Shown here: piece after piece, positions 49,125-58,589 of the stretch
How the letters are laid out: each line of letters starts with the position of its first letter
How positions within the stretch are numbered: the first letter of the stretch is position 1
NCBI GenBank assembly: GCA_963666205.1
Contig: OY762654.1
Coordinates: 2,144,001-2,208,000, forward strand
Length of the DNA: 64,000 bases
DNA from: Synergistales bacterium
GTDB lineage: Bacteria; Synergistota; Synergistia; Synergistales; JAFGMB01
Direction of reading: 5' to 3'
Notes under the pieces: model-generated
The model's input: the letters and a program-made list of their open reading frames with translations, nothing else
What the model was told of the DNA's origin: nothing
Database searches by the model: none
Program-made: the position numbers and the translations under genes

Positions 49125-50078
49125 CTATTTGTATAGGTCAGTACTCAGGTATTTCAGACCCGAATCACATGCCATGAAGACTACGGTTTTCCCTTTTTCC
49201 GGACCTTTCAGCAGATTCTTAGCGGCGGCAAGGTGGGCTCCACTGGAAAACCCTCCGAAAATGCCTTCAATTCGGGCCAGGTCCCTGGCACCTTCGATCG
49301 CCTCTTCGTCCGAGACCTGAAGAAATCCATCTATCAGGTCCTGTTTCAGGAGGGGCAGATCTCTGGAATATCCGCATCCCTGGATCCGGTGTTTTCCCGT
49401 TCCTGGTAAGCCTGCAAGCCAGGCGGCACTGGCGGGTTCCACCAGGTAGCACCTGACAAGGGGTTTATGCCTTTTCAGGGCAGTGGAGATACCGGTAAAA
49501 GATCCTCCCGAGCCAGCTATATCAAGGTAGACATCTACCAGCCCTTCGGTATCTTTCCATATCTCTTCTCCAGCTAATTCTTCTCCGTGTGCATTTCCCT
49601 GCATTCTGAACTGATCAGCCCTGAATGCCTTTCTGTCCCTGACTATTTTCTGCGCAGCCTTTTCGACAAGTTCCAGGTCTTTGCCCGATACCTGTCCCGG
49701 CACCGATTCGGGATCCTGATCGACCAGGACGACTTCAGCGCCAAGAGCCTGCATCATTCTGGCCCTTTCCATGGAATTGCCCTTTGACATAACTGCCACG
49801 AAATTGTAACCCCTGATACTGCAGGCCAGAGAAAGGCCTGTTCCGGTATTTCCACTGGTCAGTTCTACTACAGTGTCACCCCTTTGAATAAGTCCTGCTT
49901 CTTCAGCTTCGAGAATCATATGCAGCCCAACCCTGTCCTTTTTGCTGAAGCCGGGGTTAAAGTATTCAAGTTTTGCAAGTATTCTTCCGTTGAGTCCGTA
50001 ATGCTCCACAAGTCTTGAACAATCCACTATGGGTGTGTTGCCTATTGTTTCGAGAACGCTGCTGGATATATTGTTCAT
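49125..50078 (-). CDS. Cysteine synthase family PLP enzyme
   Basis: IGNTP, AKLE..NPGFSKKDR, TSGNTG, GSGGS, HRIQG.G and DSGLKYLST motifs. Confidence 0.9.
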   Translation of the reverse strand: MNNISSSVLETIGNTPIVDCSRLVEHYGLNGRILAKLEYFNPGFSKKDRVGLHMILEAEEAGLIQRGDTVVELTSGNTGTGLSLACSIRGYNFVAVMSKGNSMERARMMQALGAEVVLVDQDPESVPGQVSGKDLELVEKAAQKIVRDRKAFRADQFRMQGNAHGEELAGEEIWKDTEGLVDVYLDIAGSGGSFTGISTALKRHKPLVRCYLVEPASAAWLAGLPGTGKHRIQGCGYSRDLPLLKQDLIDGFLQVSDEEAIEGARDLARIEGIFGGFSSGAHLAAAKNLLKGPEKGKTVVFMACDSGLKYLSTDLYK

Positions 50079-50099
50079 GGCATTTCTCAGCGGGGAGAG

Positions 50100-50672
50100 C
50101 TATTCTCCCAGTCCCAGTTCTTTTTCCACCGGTTTCATGGCTTCGATGGTGCCGCCGATGAGATCTTCAACGGTTACCCCAAGCATTTCGGCTCCCTTTA
50201 TTATTATCTCCCTGTCAACACCTGCTGCGAATCGTTTATCCTTCCATTTCTTCTTCACCGATTTTACCTGCAGATCCTGGAGGGATTTTCCTGGCCGTAC
50301 TAGTGCAGTTGTGATAATAAGACCAGTAAGCTCATCGATGGCGAAAAGAGTTTTTTCCATTTCGGTAAGGGGTTCAATATCTGAACATATGCTCCAGCCA
50401 TGAGCCTGGACAGCTCTGATGATCTCATCAGAATATCCTGCATCTTTAAGCCATTGGGGGGCCAGACTGCAGTGTTTTTCCGGTGTTTCCTGAGTTTCCT
50501 CCCAATCGATGTCATGAAGGAGACCCACCAGTCCCCATAGTTCAGGATCTTCCCCCTTCTTTTCTCCGAAATAGCGCATTGTTGCTTCCACGGCAAAGGC
50601 GTGTTGAATATGGCTTTCTTCCCTGTTATGTTCTTTCACAAGTGCCAGTGCCTTTTCTCTTGCTTCGGACAT
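50100..50672 (-). CDS. HDIG/HD domain hydrolase
   Basis: H...VE..M, GLLHDID, LFA.DELTG and KKKWKDK.FAAGV.R motifs. Confidence 0.88.
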   Translation of the reverse strand: MSEAREKALALVKEHNREESHIQHAFAVEATMRYFGEKKGEDPELWGLVGLLHDIDWEETQETPEKHCSLAPQWLKDAGYSDEIIRAVQAHGWSICSDIEPLTEMEKTLFAIDELTGLIITTALVRPGKSLQDLQVKSVKKKWKDKRFAAGVDREIIIKGAEMLGVTVEDLIGGTIEAMKPVEKELGLGE

Positions 50673-50730
50673 GTGATCTACCTCCCTGTAAATTCTGATA
50701 TTCCAATTATTGACCTGAATAGAAGAAATG

Positions 50731-50766
50731 GTACAATATAACGTACTAAAGGTCAATATAAAGGAC
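50731..50766. promoter_or_regulatory. Tandem putative XRE-cupin operators
   Basis: GTAC-AA-TATA-AC-GTAC and GGTC-AA-TATA-AA-GGAC, 20 bp apart, overlapping a TTGACC-N16-TACAAT promoter. Confidence 0.55.
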
Positions 50767-50781
50767 AATTGGAGAGAGCCT

Positions 50782-51339
50782 ATGAAATCAGTAACTTCTA
50801 TCATAAGCCAGAATCTGAAAAAAATAAGAAAGGAAAGAGAGATTTCCCTTCAACAGCTTTCGGAGTTGTCCGGAGTAAGCAAAAGTATGCTGGGAGAAAT
50901 TGATAGAGGGATGGCCAATCCCACCATAACGGTTATGTGGAAGATCGCCCGGGGACTTCAGATCCCTTTTACTGCCCTTCTCCATGAAGATAAAGAACCT
51001 GTTGAAGTTGTTTTGCGAAGGAATATGGAAGGAATAGTTAAGGGTGAAGGGTACGATGTTTATTCCTTATTCAGTTTTGAAGAGGACAGGAAATTCGAGA
51101 TATTCATGGAAGAGATCGGCCCTGGTTCCAGTTATGAAACCCAGGGCCATAATCCAGGGGTGGAAGAATACATAATGTTGGGGAGTGGAAAGCTGGAGAT
51201 ATTATTCCAGAATTCCTCTTATCTGCTGGAAGAAGGAGAAAGCATGCGTTTTAAGTCGGATCAGCCCCATGGTTATAAAAATCCGGGAAATGATCCTGCC
51301 AGGGTCTTTTTCATTCTTTTTTATTCCGGAAAACAGTGA
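50782..51339 (+). CDS. XRE family regulator with cupin sensor (SutR/PuuR-like)
   Basis: SGVSKSMLGEI.RG.ANPT HTH; H..GVEE and PH.Y.N cupin motifs. Confidence 0.92.
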   Translation: MKSVTSIISQNLKKIRKEREISLQQLSELSGVSKSMLGEIDRGMANPTITVMWKIARGLQIPFTALLHEDKEPVEVVLRRNMEGIVKGEGYDVYSLFSFEEDRKFEIFMEEIGPGSSYETQGHNPGVEEYIMLGSGKLEILFQNSSYLLEEGESMRFKSDQPHGYKNPGNDPARVFFILFYSGKQ

Positions 51340-51577
51340 TAATCTCTGCATGCTGATTTAAAAGATCTTTAAAATCCGGTAATTTTGAAGGCAGGAATCC
51401 CAGGACAGGATTTTCCTGCCTTCAGTTGTAATTGATAATATCCTGATTCAGGTATAAAAGATCTTTTATCAGATCTATCCTGTTTCCAGGCAGTCAGGAA
51501 TTATTCATATCACCGTAGAAACTTTTTTAATTAAGATACCCTTCACTCTGCTCCTGTTTGATAAATTGTTATCATAA

Positions 51578-51606
51578 TTGACCCTGGATGAAATATCTTT
51601 TATAAT
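51578..51606 (+). promoter_or_regulatory. Sigma70-type promoter of the yfcC-deacylase-M20 operon
   Basis: TTGACC-N17-TATAAT; an inverted repeat tgataa-attg-ttatca lies immediately upstream of the -35. Confidence 0.7.
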
Positions 51607-51746
51607 TTTCAGTAATTTTGAACATGTTTTTCTTAATATAAAGCACTGAAGAGAGAAGATTAGGCAGGAGGTGACGGTTTTCAGATCGGTCAGGTAATGC
51701 AGGCGGTTTTTATTGTTTTTAATAATCTTTAACAGGAGGTTAAAAA

Positions 51747-53138
51747 ATGTCTTCATTGAGAAAGTCCAAGGTTCCCCACACTTATGTTCTTCTGTTTTCA
51801 CTCATTATCCTTGCAGTAATTGGCAGCTATGTCCTTCCCGCAGGTCAGTTTGACCGTGTTCAGGATGAAAAAACTCACAAGACTATAGTTGTACCCGGAA
51901 GTTTTAAACAAGTAGAGCAGACACCTGTATCTTTCTTCGATACCTTTATTGCCATTCAGAAGGGTATGATAGATGCCGGTTCTGTTGTATTCTTTGTTTT
52001 CCTTGTCTATGCCTCTTTCTTTGTTGTTATGCAGACTCATGCCCTGCATGCCTTCATAGGGTGGCTGTTACGGGTCATGGAAGGCAAGGAGATACTCATA
52101 ATACCAGTTTTCATGTATCTCTTTGCCCTCGGCGGTTCCATTTTCGGTATGTTCGAGGAGACCTTCGGGTTCATTCCTCTCTTTGTCGGTCTTGCAATTG
52201 CAATGGGTTATGATGCCATTGTCGGCATGAGCATGGTATCCTTGGGAGTAGCCATGGGTTTTGCCGCAGCATTCATGAATCCATTCACAGTCGGTCTTGC
52301 CCAGAAGTTCGCCGAACTTCCCCTTTTCTCTGCCATGGGATTCCGTATGGTAAGCTGGTTCGTTCTCGTTACCATGTCAGTTCTCTGGACCATGCGCTAT
52401 GCTAAGAAGATAAAAGCCGATCCTACAAAGAGTATTATGTACGGTGTGGATATGGGAAGCCTTGCCCTTGACCATGACGAACTTCTTGAATCCAAGTTCA
52501 CAGGCAGGGATAAGCTGGTTCTGACCTATGTCGTCGCGATTATAGGACTCCTTGTCTGGGGTGTCATAAAGAAAGGATGGTACTTCAACGAGATCGCCGG
52601 ACTGTTCCTCATCATGGGTATATTTGCCGGTTTCATCTCCGGTATGAAACCCAGCCAGCTGGCCAGCTGTTATGTGGAAGGACTCAAGGATATTACCTTC
52701 GGAGCCCTTGTCATAGGCCTCTCGAGAGGTATCCTTATTGTCATGCGTGAAGGTAACATCATCGATACAGTTATCTACGGTCTCGCTCAGCCCCTTTCCC
52801 TTTTCCCCAAGTGGGTTGCTGCTGAAGGGATGCTTTTCATCCAGACCCTTATCAACTTCTTTATTCCTTCCGGTTCTGGCCAGGCTGCGACGACCATGCC
52901 CATCATGGCGCCCCTTTCAGATCTGCTGGGGATCACCCGCCAGACGGCAGTGCTTGCCTACCAGTATGGAGACGGTTTCTCCAACATACTCTGGCCAACT
53001 ACTCTTCTTCCTGTCATCTGCGGTATAGCTAGAGTACCCATTGAAAAGTGGTGGAAGTACTTTGTTCCCTTCTTCCTCCTTCTGCTCCCTGTTCAGATGA
53101 TATTCATGGCTGTCGCGGTTGCCATTAACCTTCAGTAA
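51747..53138 (+). CDS. YfcC/ArcD-type (IT superfamily) amino-acid or acyl-amino-acid transporter
   Basis: PHTYVLLF, PAG.F.R, GM.EE, NPFTVG.AQ, FFIPSGSGQA..TMPIM and YQYGDGF.N motifs. Confidence 0.9.
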   Translation: MSSLRKSKVPHTYVLLFSLIILAVIGSYVLPAGQFDRVQDEKTHKTIVVPGSFKQVEQTPVSFFDTFIAIQKGMIDAGSVVFFVFLVYASFFVVMQTHALHAFIGWLLRVMEGKEILIIPVFMYLFALGGSIFGMFEETFGFIPLFVGLAIAMGYDAIVGMSMVSLGVAMGFAAAFMNPFTVGLAQKFAELPLFSAMGFRMVSWFVLVTMSVLWTMRYAKKIKADPTKSIMYGVDMGSLALDHDELLESKFTGRDKLVLTYVVAIIGLLVWGVIKKGWYFNEIAGLFLIMGIFAGFISGMKPSQLASCYVEGLKDITFGALVIGLSRGILIVMREGNIIDTVIYGLAQPLSLFPKWVAAEGMLFIQTLINFFIPSGSGQAATTMPIMAPLSDLLGITRQTAVLAYQYGDGFSNILWPTTLLPVICGIARVPIEKWWKYFVPFFLLLLPVQMIFMAVAVAINLQ

Positions 53139-53181
53139 TTGACAGAAATTCCTTGTAGAAGTTTCTGTTCGGAGTGATAAT

Positions 53182-53217
53182 TCATGGATGGCAGGGTATT
53201 AACCCTGCCATCCATGA
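53182..53217. terminator. Intra-operon stem-loop
   Basis: tcatggatggcagggt-atta-accctgccatccatga. Confidence 0.7.
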
Positions 53218-53246
53218 TGTTTTAACTTTTAAGGAGGTTAAAGAGT

Positions 53247-54590
53247 ATGGCAGATTACGATCTTCTCATCGTTGATTCAGTGGTTATAGATCCTTCAGAA
53301 AACCAGGAAAAAAAGGTCAATATTGCCATCAGGGATGGTCTTATTGCCTGGATGGGAGAGGAGACACCCCATGCGGAAAGAGTTCTGGATGGGGAAGGCT
53401 GTATGGTTTGTCCGGGTTTTATCGATACCCATATGCATGATGAGGAAATAGATGATCCGGATACGACACAGATGGCTCTCCTCAGCCAGGGCGTAACCAC
53501 CTGTATCGCCGGAAACTGCGGTTCAGGACCTTTACAGGAGCGGATAAGACCTTCAAGATCCAATCCCTGGCTGAACATCGGGTTCATGACTGGGCATACT
53601 GCATTGAGGGGCGAAGTGGGTATTACTGACAAGGATCGATACAGGCCTGCCACTGAAGATGAAACCCTGAAGATGGAAGATCTTCTTTTCAGGGAACTGG
53701 AAAAGGGATCCTTCGGTCTCTCCCTTGGACTGGAATATAATCCTGAAACAAGTTGGGAAGAGATCATCGCATTGAGCGAAGTTATCCCGCGATTTGAAAA
53801 AAGATGGATATCTTCACATATCAGACACGATGGTCCCCGTTGTCTTGAAGCAGTGGAAGAAATGGTAACCCTTGCTGCCTCAGTAAGAGCCAGAGTCCAG
53901 TTATCCCATCTTGGCAGTATGACATCCTTCGGTTTTGCCGCTGATGCTCTGAAGCTCCTTCACAAGGGAAAGGAAAAGGGGCTTGATCTCACCTGGGACA
54001 GCTATCCATACGCCGCGTTCTGTACTCATCTGGGTTCCGCGGTATTTGATCCGGGTTTTGAAGAAAGGTTCAATAAACCTATAAGTGCCCTCGAAGTCGG
54101 CAGCGGCCCCCACGCAGGGAAAAGACTTGATCGCGTCCTTTTTGAAGAACTTCGAAGAGAGTCCCCCCGGACCCTTATAATCGCCCATGTAATGAATGAG
54201 GATGAAATGAAACTGATATTGAAGGATCCTTGTTGTGCCATAGCTTCAGATGCGGTTCTTTTTGAGGGACGGGGACATCCCCGGGTAGCCGGAGCATTCC
54301 CCAGGGGGATAAACTGGCTCAGGGAAGAAGGACTATCCTGGGCCGGAGCAATAAGTCATGCTACTTCTGTACCAGCGGACATGGCGTGGCTTGATGCAGG
54401 ACGCATTACGGAAGGTTCTCCTGCTGATCTGGTAATCTTTGAACCTGAAAACTTCAGAGATAAGGCCACATTTGAGGAACCCCTTCTTCCACCGGAAGGT
54501 ATCAGATATGTGATAGTGAATGGTAATGTCGCAGTCGATGAGGGATTTCTGAACGCCAGCCCATGCGGGAGATTCCTTACAAGGGATTGA
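53247..54590 (+). CDS. N-acyl-D-amino-acid deacylase family amidohydrolase
   Basis: PGFIDTHMH, QGVTT..GNCG, S.GLEY.P, SHIR, D.YPY, ASD and HPR..G.FPR motifs. Confidence 0.9.
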   Translation: MADYDLLIVDSVVIDPSENQEKKVNIAIRDGLIAWMGEETPHAERVLDGEGCMVCPGFIDTHMHDEEIDDPDTTQMALLSQGVTTCIAGNCGSGPLQERIRPSRSNPWLNIGFMTGHTALRGEVGITDKDRYRPATEDETLKMEDLLFRELEKGSFGLSLGLEYNPETSWEEIIALSEVIPRFEKRWISSHIRHDGPRCLEAVEEMVTLAASVRARVQLSHLGSMTSFGFAADALKLLHKGKEKGLDLTWDSYPYAAFCTHLGSAVFDPGFEERFNKPISALEVGSGPHAGKRLDRVLFEELRRESPRTLIIAHVMNEDEMKLILKDPCCAIASDAVLFEGRGHPRVAGAFPRGINWLREEGLSWAGAISHATSVPADMAWLDAGRITEGSPADLVIFEPENFRDKATFEEPLLPPEGIRYVIVNGNVAVDEGFLNASPCGRFLTRD

Positions 54591-54638
54591 GCTTTTCGCA
54601 TACCCTGTTATTCAGCCTTGAGCGAATGGAGGATACTG

Positions 54639-55814
54639 ATGAAAAATTACGAAGATCTGATAAAAAAAACAGATGAGGCTATAGATAAGTTTAAAAACCG
54701 GGCGGCGGAGCTTAATGATTTTATGGCAGCCAATCCTGAGCTTGGCGATGGAGAATTTAAAGCAAGCAGAAAAATGGCGGATATTCTTACTGATCTTGGC
54801 TTCGAGGTGGAATATCCCTTTCTTGGGATCCCGACATCATTCCGGGGGGTCAAGGGTAATGGTAATGGGCCTGTAGTTGCCCTGATGGTGGAGTATGATG
54901 CCCTTCCCGATATCGGCCATGCCTGCGGTCATTGTCTGCATGGAAGCATGTCCATCCTTGCCGCAGCAGGTCTGGCAGAGGTTATGAAAGATATTGAAGG
55001 AACTCTTATGGTAATCGGAACACCTGCCGAGGAAACCAATGGAGCAAAGGTTCCCATGGCCGAGCAGGGAGTATTTGACGGAGTCGATCTGGCTCTTATG
55101 ATACATTGCAACGATGATAAAAGTTTTGTGAGGTATAGATCTCTTGCCATGGATGCCATCCAGTTCGAGTTTACAGGAAAACCGGCACATGCTGCAGGTG
55201 CTCCCTGGGATGGTATTAATGCCCTTAATGGCGTTCAGCTTCTTTTCCATGGAATAGACATGCTCAGACAGCATATCAGGCCTGAGGCCAGGATGCACGG
55301 CATTGTCAGCCAGGGCGGACTTGCTCCCAACATAGTGCCTGAAAAGGCTGTAGCCAGCTTCTATTTCAGGGCTCCCAGGCGTAAATATCTCAATGAAATA
55401 CTTGAAAAGGCATATAACTGTGCACGAGGAGCTGCCCTTGCTACCGGTACCGAAGTGAAGTGGAATAAGTTTGAGGTAAGTTTTGACAACATGGTTCCTA
55501 ATGATGCGGCTGAGTCCATGATGGAAGATGTTTACCGTGAACTGGGTATCCCTATCGGTGAATCTCCCGGGTGTATGGGTTCATCAGATGTGGGAAATGT
55601 CAGTCAGAGATGTCCCGCTATTCAGCCCATGCTTTCCATAACTGATCATCCGGTCGCAGCTCATACTCATGAATTTGCCAGTGCAGTCTCTACTCCACGG
55701 GCTTATGATGCTCTTGAAAAGGGGGCCCGGGCGCTGGCCCGAGCTTCGGTTAAAACATTTATCGATAATGACCTGAGGAATAGAATGCAGAAGGCCTTTA
55801 AGGAAAATATCTAG
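54639..55814 (+). CDS. M20 amidohydrolase (ACY1L2/AbgB-like), paralog 1
   Basis: NPELG..E, EYDALP..GHACGH, GTPAEE, AHAA..PW.G.NAL and GSSDVGNVS motifs. Confidence 0.92.
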   Translation: MKNYEDLIKKTDEAIDKFKNRAAELNDFMAANPELGDGEFKASRKMADILTDLGFEVEYPFLGIPTSFRGVKGNGNGPVVALMVEYDALPDIGHACGHCLHGSMSILAAAGLAEVMKDIEGTLMVIGTPAEETNGAKVPMAEQGVFDGVDLALMIHCNDDKSFVRYRSLAMDAIQFEFTGKPAHAAGAPWDGINALNGVQLLFHGIDMLRQHIRPEARMHGIVSQGGLAPNIVPEKAVASFYFRAPRRKYLNEILEKAYNCARGAALATGTEVKWNKFEVSFDNMVPNDAAESMMEDVYRELGIPIGESPGCMGSSDVGNVSQRCPAIQPMLSITDHPVAAHTHEFASAVSTPRAYDALEKGARALARASVKTFIDNDLRNRMQKAFKENI

Positions 55815-55868
55815 TAGAGAGTTTTTCTGTAGAACCTAAATTTATGTTTTGCACAGGGAGAAATATAC

Positions 55869-57050
55869 ATGGATAAATTTGAAATTTTCAAGGAAAAAGT
55901 ACTGGAAGGGATAGCAGCAGATACATCCAGGGCAATTGAACTGAGTGATATCATGGCGGATAACCCTGAGCTGGCCTATGAAGAGTATGAATCAAGCCGA
56001 AGGATGGTCGAAATTCTCAGGGATAAAGGATTCGATGTGGAATATCCTTTTATGGGTATGGCCACAGCTTTCCGCGGGGTCATGGGTACAGGGAAAGGTC
56101 CGCTGGTAGCCCTGCTGGTTGAATATGATGCCCTTCCCGGTCTGGGCCACGCATGTGGTCACAATCTTCATGGGAACATGTCGATCCTTGCCGCTGCAGG
56201 ACTCTCAGAAGTAATGAAAGAAATAGAAGGTACCTTATGGGTGATAGGTACTCCGGGGGAAGAGGCGAGCGGCGCAAAGACCTTAATGGCTGATGCCGGT
56301 CTTTTCGACGGTGTTGACCTTGCCCTGATGATCCACTGCGGGAGCGATAAAAGCTATGCCGATTACCGCTGTCTGGCTATGGATGGGTATGACTTTACCT
56401 TTACAGGAAGGACTGCCCATGCTGCCGCGGCTCCCTGGGAAGGTCTTAATGCCCTTAACGCGGTACAGTTCTTCGAGCACTCCATAGATATGCTGAGACA
56501 GCATGTACGTCCGGAAAGCCGCATCCACGGTATAGTAAGGGAAGGTGGGAAAGCCCCCAATATCGTTCCGGAGAAGGCAGTTACGCGGTTTGAATTTCGC
56601 CATACCCAGAGGCAGTATCTTAATGAAATAATGGAAAAGGTCTTTGACTGTGCGAGAGGAGCTGCTCTTGCTACGGGTACAGAAGTATCCTGGGAAAAGT
56701 TCGAGTCCAGCTTTGATGATCTTATGCCCAACAGACCTGCAGAGATCCTTGTAGAGGAAGTATTCGGGACCCTTGGGATTCCTGTCAGCCCCTCACCCGG
56801 TCCCGGCGGTTCCACGGATGTGGGTAACGTAAGCCACAGGTGTCCGGCCATTCAGCCTGTCCTTGCCATTTCCGACCGGGAAATACCCCTTCACACCAGA
56901 GAATTGGAACAGGCTACCCGCATGGAAATGGGACACCAGGCTCTGGTGAAGGGAGCGGAGGTTCTTGCCTTGTCTTCCTTGAGAACTTTCCTGGATAAAG
57001 AGCTGAGGAGTAGAATGGCTGAAGAATTTAAAAGGATACAAAAAGATTAA
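55869..57050 (+). CDS. M20 amidohydrolase (ACY1L2/AbgB-like), paralog 2
   Basis: Same motif set as the preceding gene (EYDALP.LGHACGH, GTPGEE, GSTDVGNVS). Confidence 0.92.
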   Translation: MDKFEIFKEKVLEGIAADTSRAIELSDIMADNPELAYEEYESSRRMVEILRDKGFDVEYPFMGMATAFRGVMGTGKGPLVALLVEYDALPGLGHACGHNLHGNMSILAAAGLSEVMKEIEGTLWVIGTPGEEASGAKTLMADAGLFDGVDLALMIHCGSDKSYADYRCLAMDGYDFTFTGRTAHAAAAPWEGLNALNAVQFFEHSIDMLRQHVRPESRIHGIVREGGKAPNIVPEKAVTRFEFRHTQRQYLNEIMEKVFDCARGAALATGTEVSWEKFESSFDDLMPNRPAEILVEEVFGTLGIPVSPSPGPGGSTDVGNVSHRCPAIQPVLAISDREIPLHTRELEQATRMEMGHQALVKGAEVLALSSLRTFLDKELRSRMAEEFKRIQKD

Positions 57051-57059
57051 AAACTTTAA

Positions 57060-57103
57060 TATTAGAGGAGAGGCCGGGTGTCACCCTGACCTCTCCTCTA
57101 ATA
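57060..57103. terminator. Bidirectional terminator
   Basis: tattagaggagagg ... cctctcctctaata. Confidence 0.75.
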
Positions 57104-57106
57104 GTT

Positions 57107-58438
57107 TTAAGATACCCGCTGTTTTTCTTGATTTTTATCAAAATAAATATTTCTGCAGCCTGTCTCGGGCAGGAGCATGGTGCATATTAAACCGATAAGG
57201 GAGCCTGCAAAACAAAGCATGAAAGCCCTCTGATATTGAAGAATACCTGGCAGTCTGTCCGACATATCGATAACGATACCCATAAAAGTCGTTACCATTG
57301 CTGTCCCAAGAAATCCTCCGGTATTAAGAACGGAAATAGCTATGCCGGTGAACCTCGGGGAATTAGTTTCTTTGACGATGGCCCAGGAGAGGACAAAGCC
57401 TGCAGAACTGAACCCGATCATAAAAAATAATGGCTTAAGAAGGGGAACGGGTGGTTTTCCTCCATTCAGAAATACTAGTAATCCCCATAGAAGTGTTACA
57501 ATGGCTGTCATTCCTACAAGGGGTAATTTCCTTTTTTCAAGCCTGTCCGAGAACCAGCCATTGAAAATACTTCCAGCCATTGCGCCATAAATAGAGAAGG
57601 AAATGAATCCGGAAGCTGTTCCTTTATCAAAATCGTATACTGTCTGAAGGAAAGACACTCCCCATGCACCTGCAAAGGCCAGATATGCTCCCGAAACAAG
57701 GCCGAAGAATATAAAGGCAGGCCAGATCTGCCATTTTTTCATTACTTCCTTAAGGGCAAGAGGCAGGTTCACCTTATCGTTTTGAGGAGTTTTGGCTTTT
57801 TCATGCAGAATCTGTGCTTCATTGATCGCGGGGAAACCCATATCCTGCGGTCGGTTCCTTATCAGCAGATAACAGGCTATTGCCAGGATAAGAGAAAATA
57901 TTCCAATGCCGGCAAAGGTCATACGCCATGTGAACATGGTCACCATAATTGCCAGGGGAGCCTGTGCAAGTACCCCGCCCATGTTGCCCAGAAAGGCCGT
58001 CATACCTGACATGGTGGCGAATTCTCTTTCACGAAACCACTGTGACTGTATTTTGAGGATCGAGACAAAAACAGTAGAAACACCTATTCCCACCAGGAAT
58101 CTCCCCAGAAAAATGACAAAAGCTGTCGGTGCCAGTCCGAAAATAATGGATCCTATTCCTGCTGTAAAAATGCCGGCAGAAACGGTTTTTCTTGCTCCAA
58201 GGGAGTCTGCCATAATACCCACTGGTATCTGCATGATCATATAGGCGTAAAAGTATGTGGAGGCAAGGGCTCCGAAGGAAGATGCACTAAGGTCAAAAGC
58301 CCTCACCAGATCTTCTCTTACCACCCCGGCTGCGAGACGATGGAAGAAGACCACCATGAAGGCCAAAACCATTATTCCCCAGACTATCCATCTATATGAA
58401 AGGGCTTTTCTTTCCATGTTTTTCTTATCATGCATCAT
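57107..58438 (-). CDS. MFS transporter, paralog 2
   Basis: FFHR, YFYAY..MQIPVG..AD.LG.R and GR.LVG.G motifs; 12 TM. Confidence 0.92.
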   Translation of the reverse strand: MMHDKKNMERKALSYRWIVWGIMVLAFMVVFFHRLAAGVVREDLVRAFDLSASSFGALASTYFYAYMIMQIPVGIMADSLGARKTVSAGIFTAGIGSIIFGLAPTAFVIFLGRFLVGIGVSTVFVSILKIQSQWFREREFATMSGMTAFLGNMGGVLAQAPLAIMVTMFTWRMTFAGIGIFSLILAIACYLLIRNRPQDMGFPAINEAQILHEKAKTPQNDKVNLPLALKEVMKKWQIWPAFIFFGLVSGAYLAFAGAWGVSFLQTVYDFDKGTASGFISFSIYGAMAGSIFNGWFSDRLEKRKLPLVGMTAIVTLLWGLLVFLNGGKPPVPLLKPLFFMIGFSSAGFVLSWAIVKETNSPRFTGIAISVLNTGGFLGTAMVTTFMGIVIDMSDRLPGILQYQRAFMLCFAGSLIGLICTMLLPETGCRNIYFDKNQEKQRVS

Positions 58439-58589
58439 TTTATTTTCCTCCAGGGAAGTTCTAGACAACGAATAGATATTATCGCAAGAGATCGATATAT
58501 CGACAAATTTTTCTTTTATAAGAAGCCGTGCAAAATATTCTGCCCCGTTTTAATCTTGCAGGCTGGCTAAGAATGTTTTCTGTTCTTTT

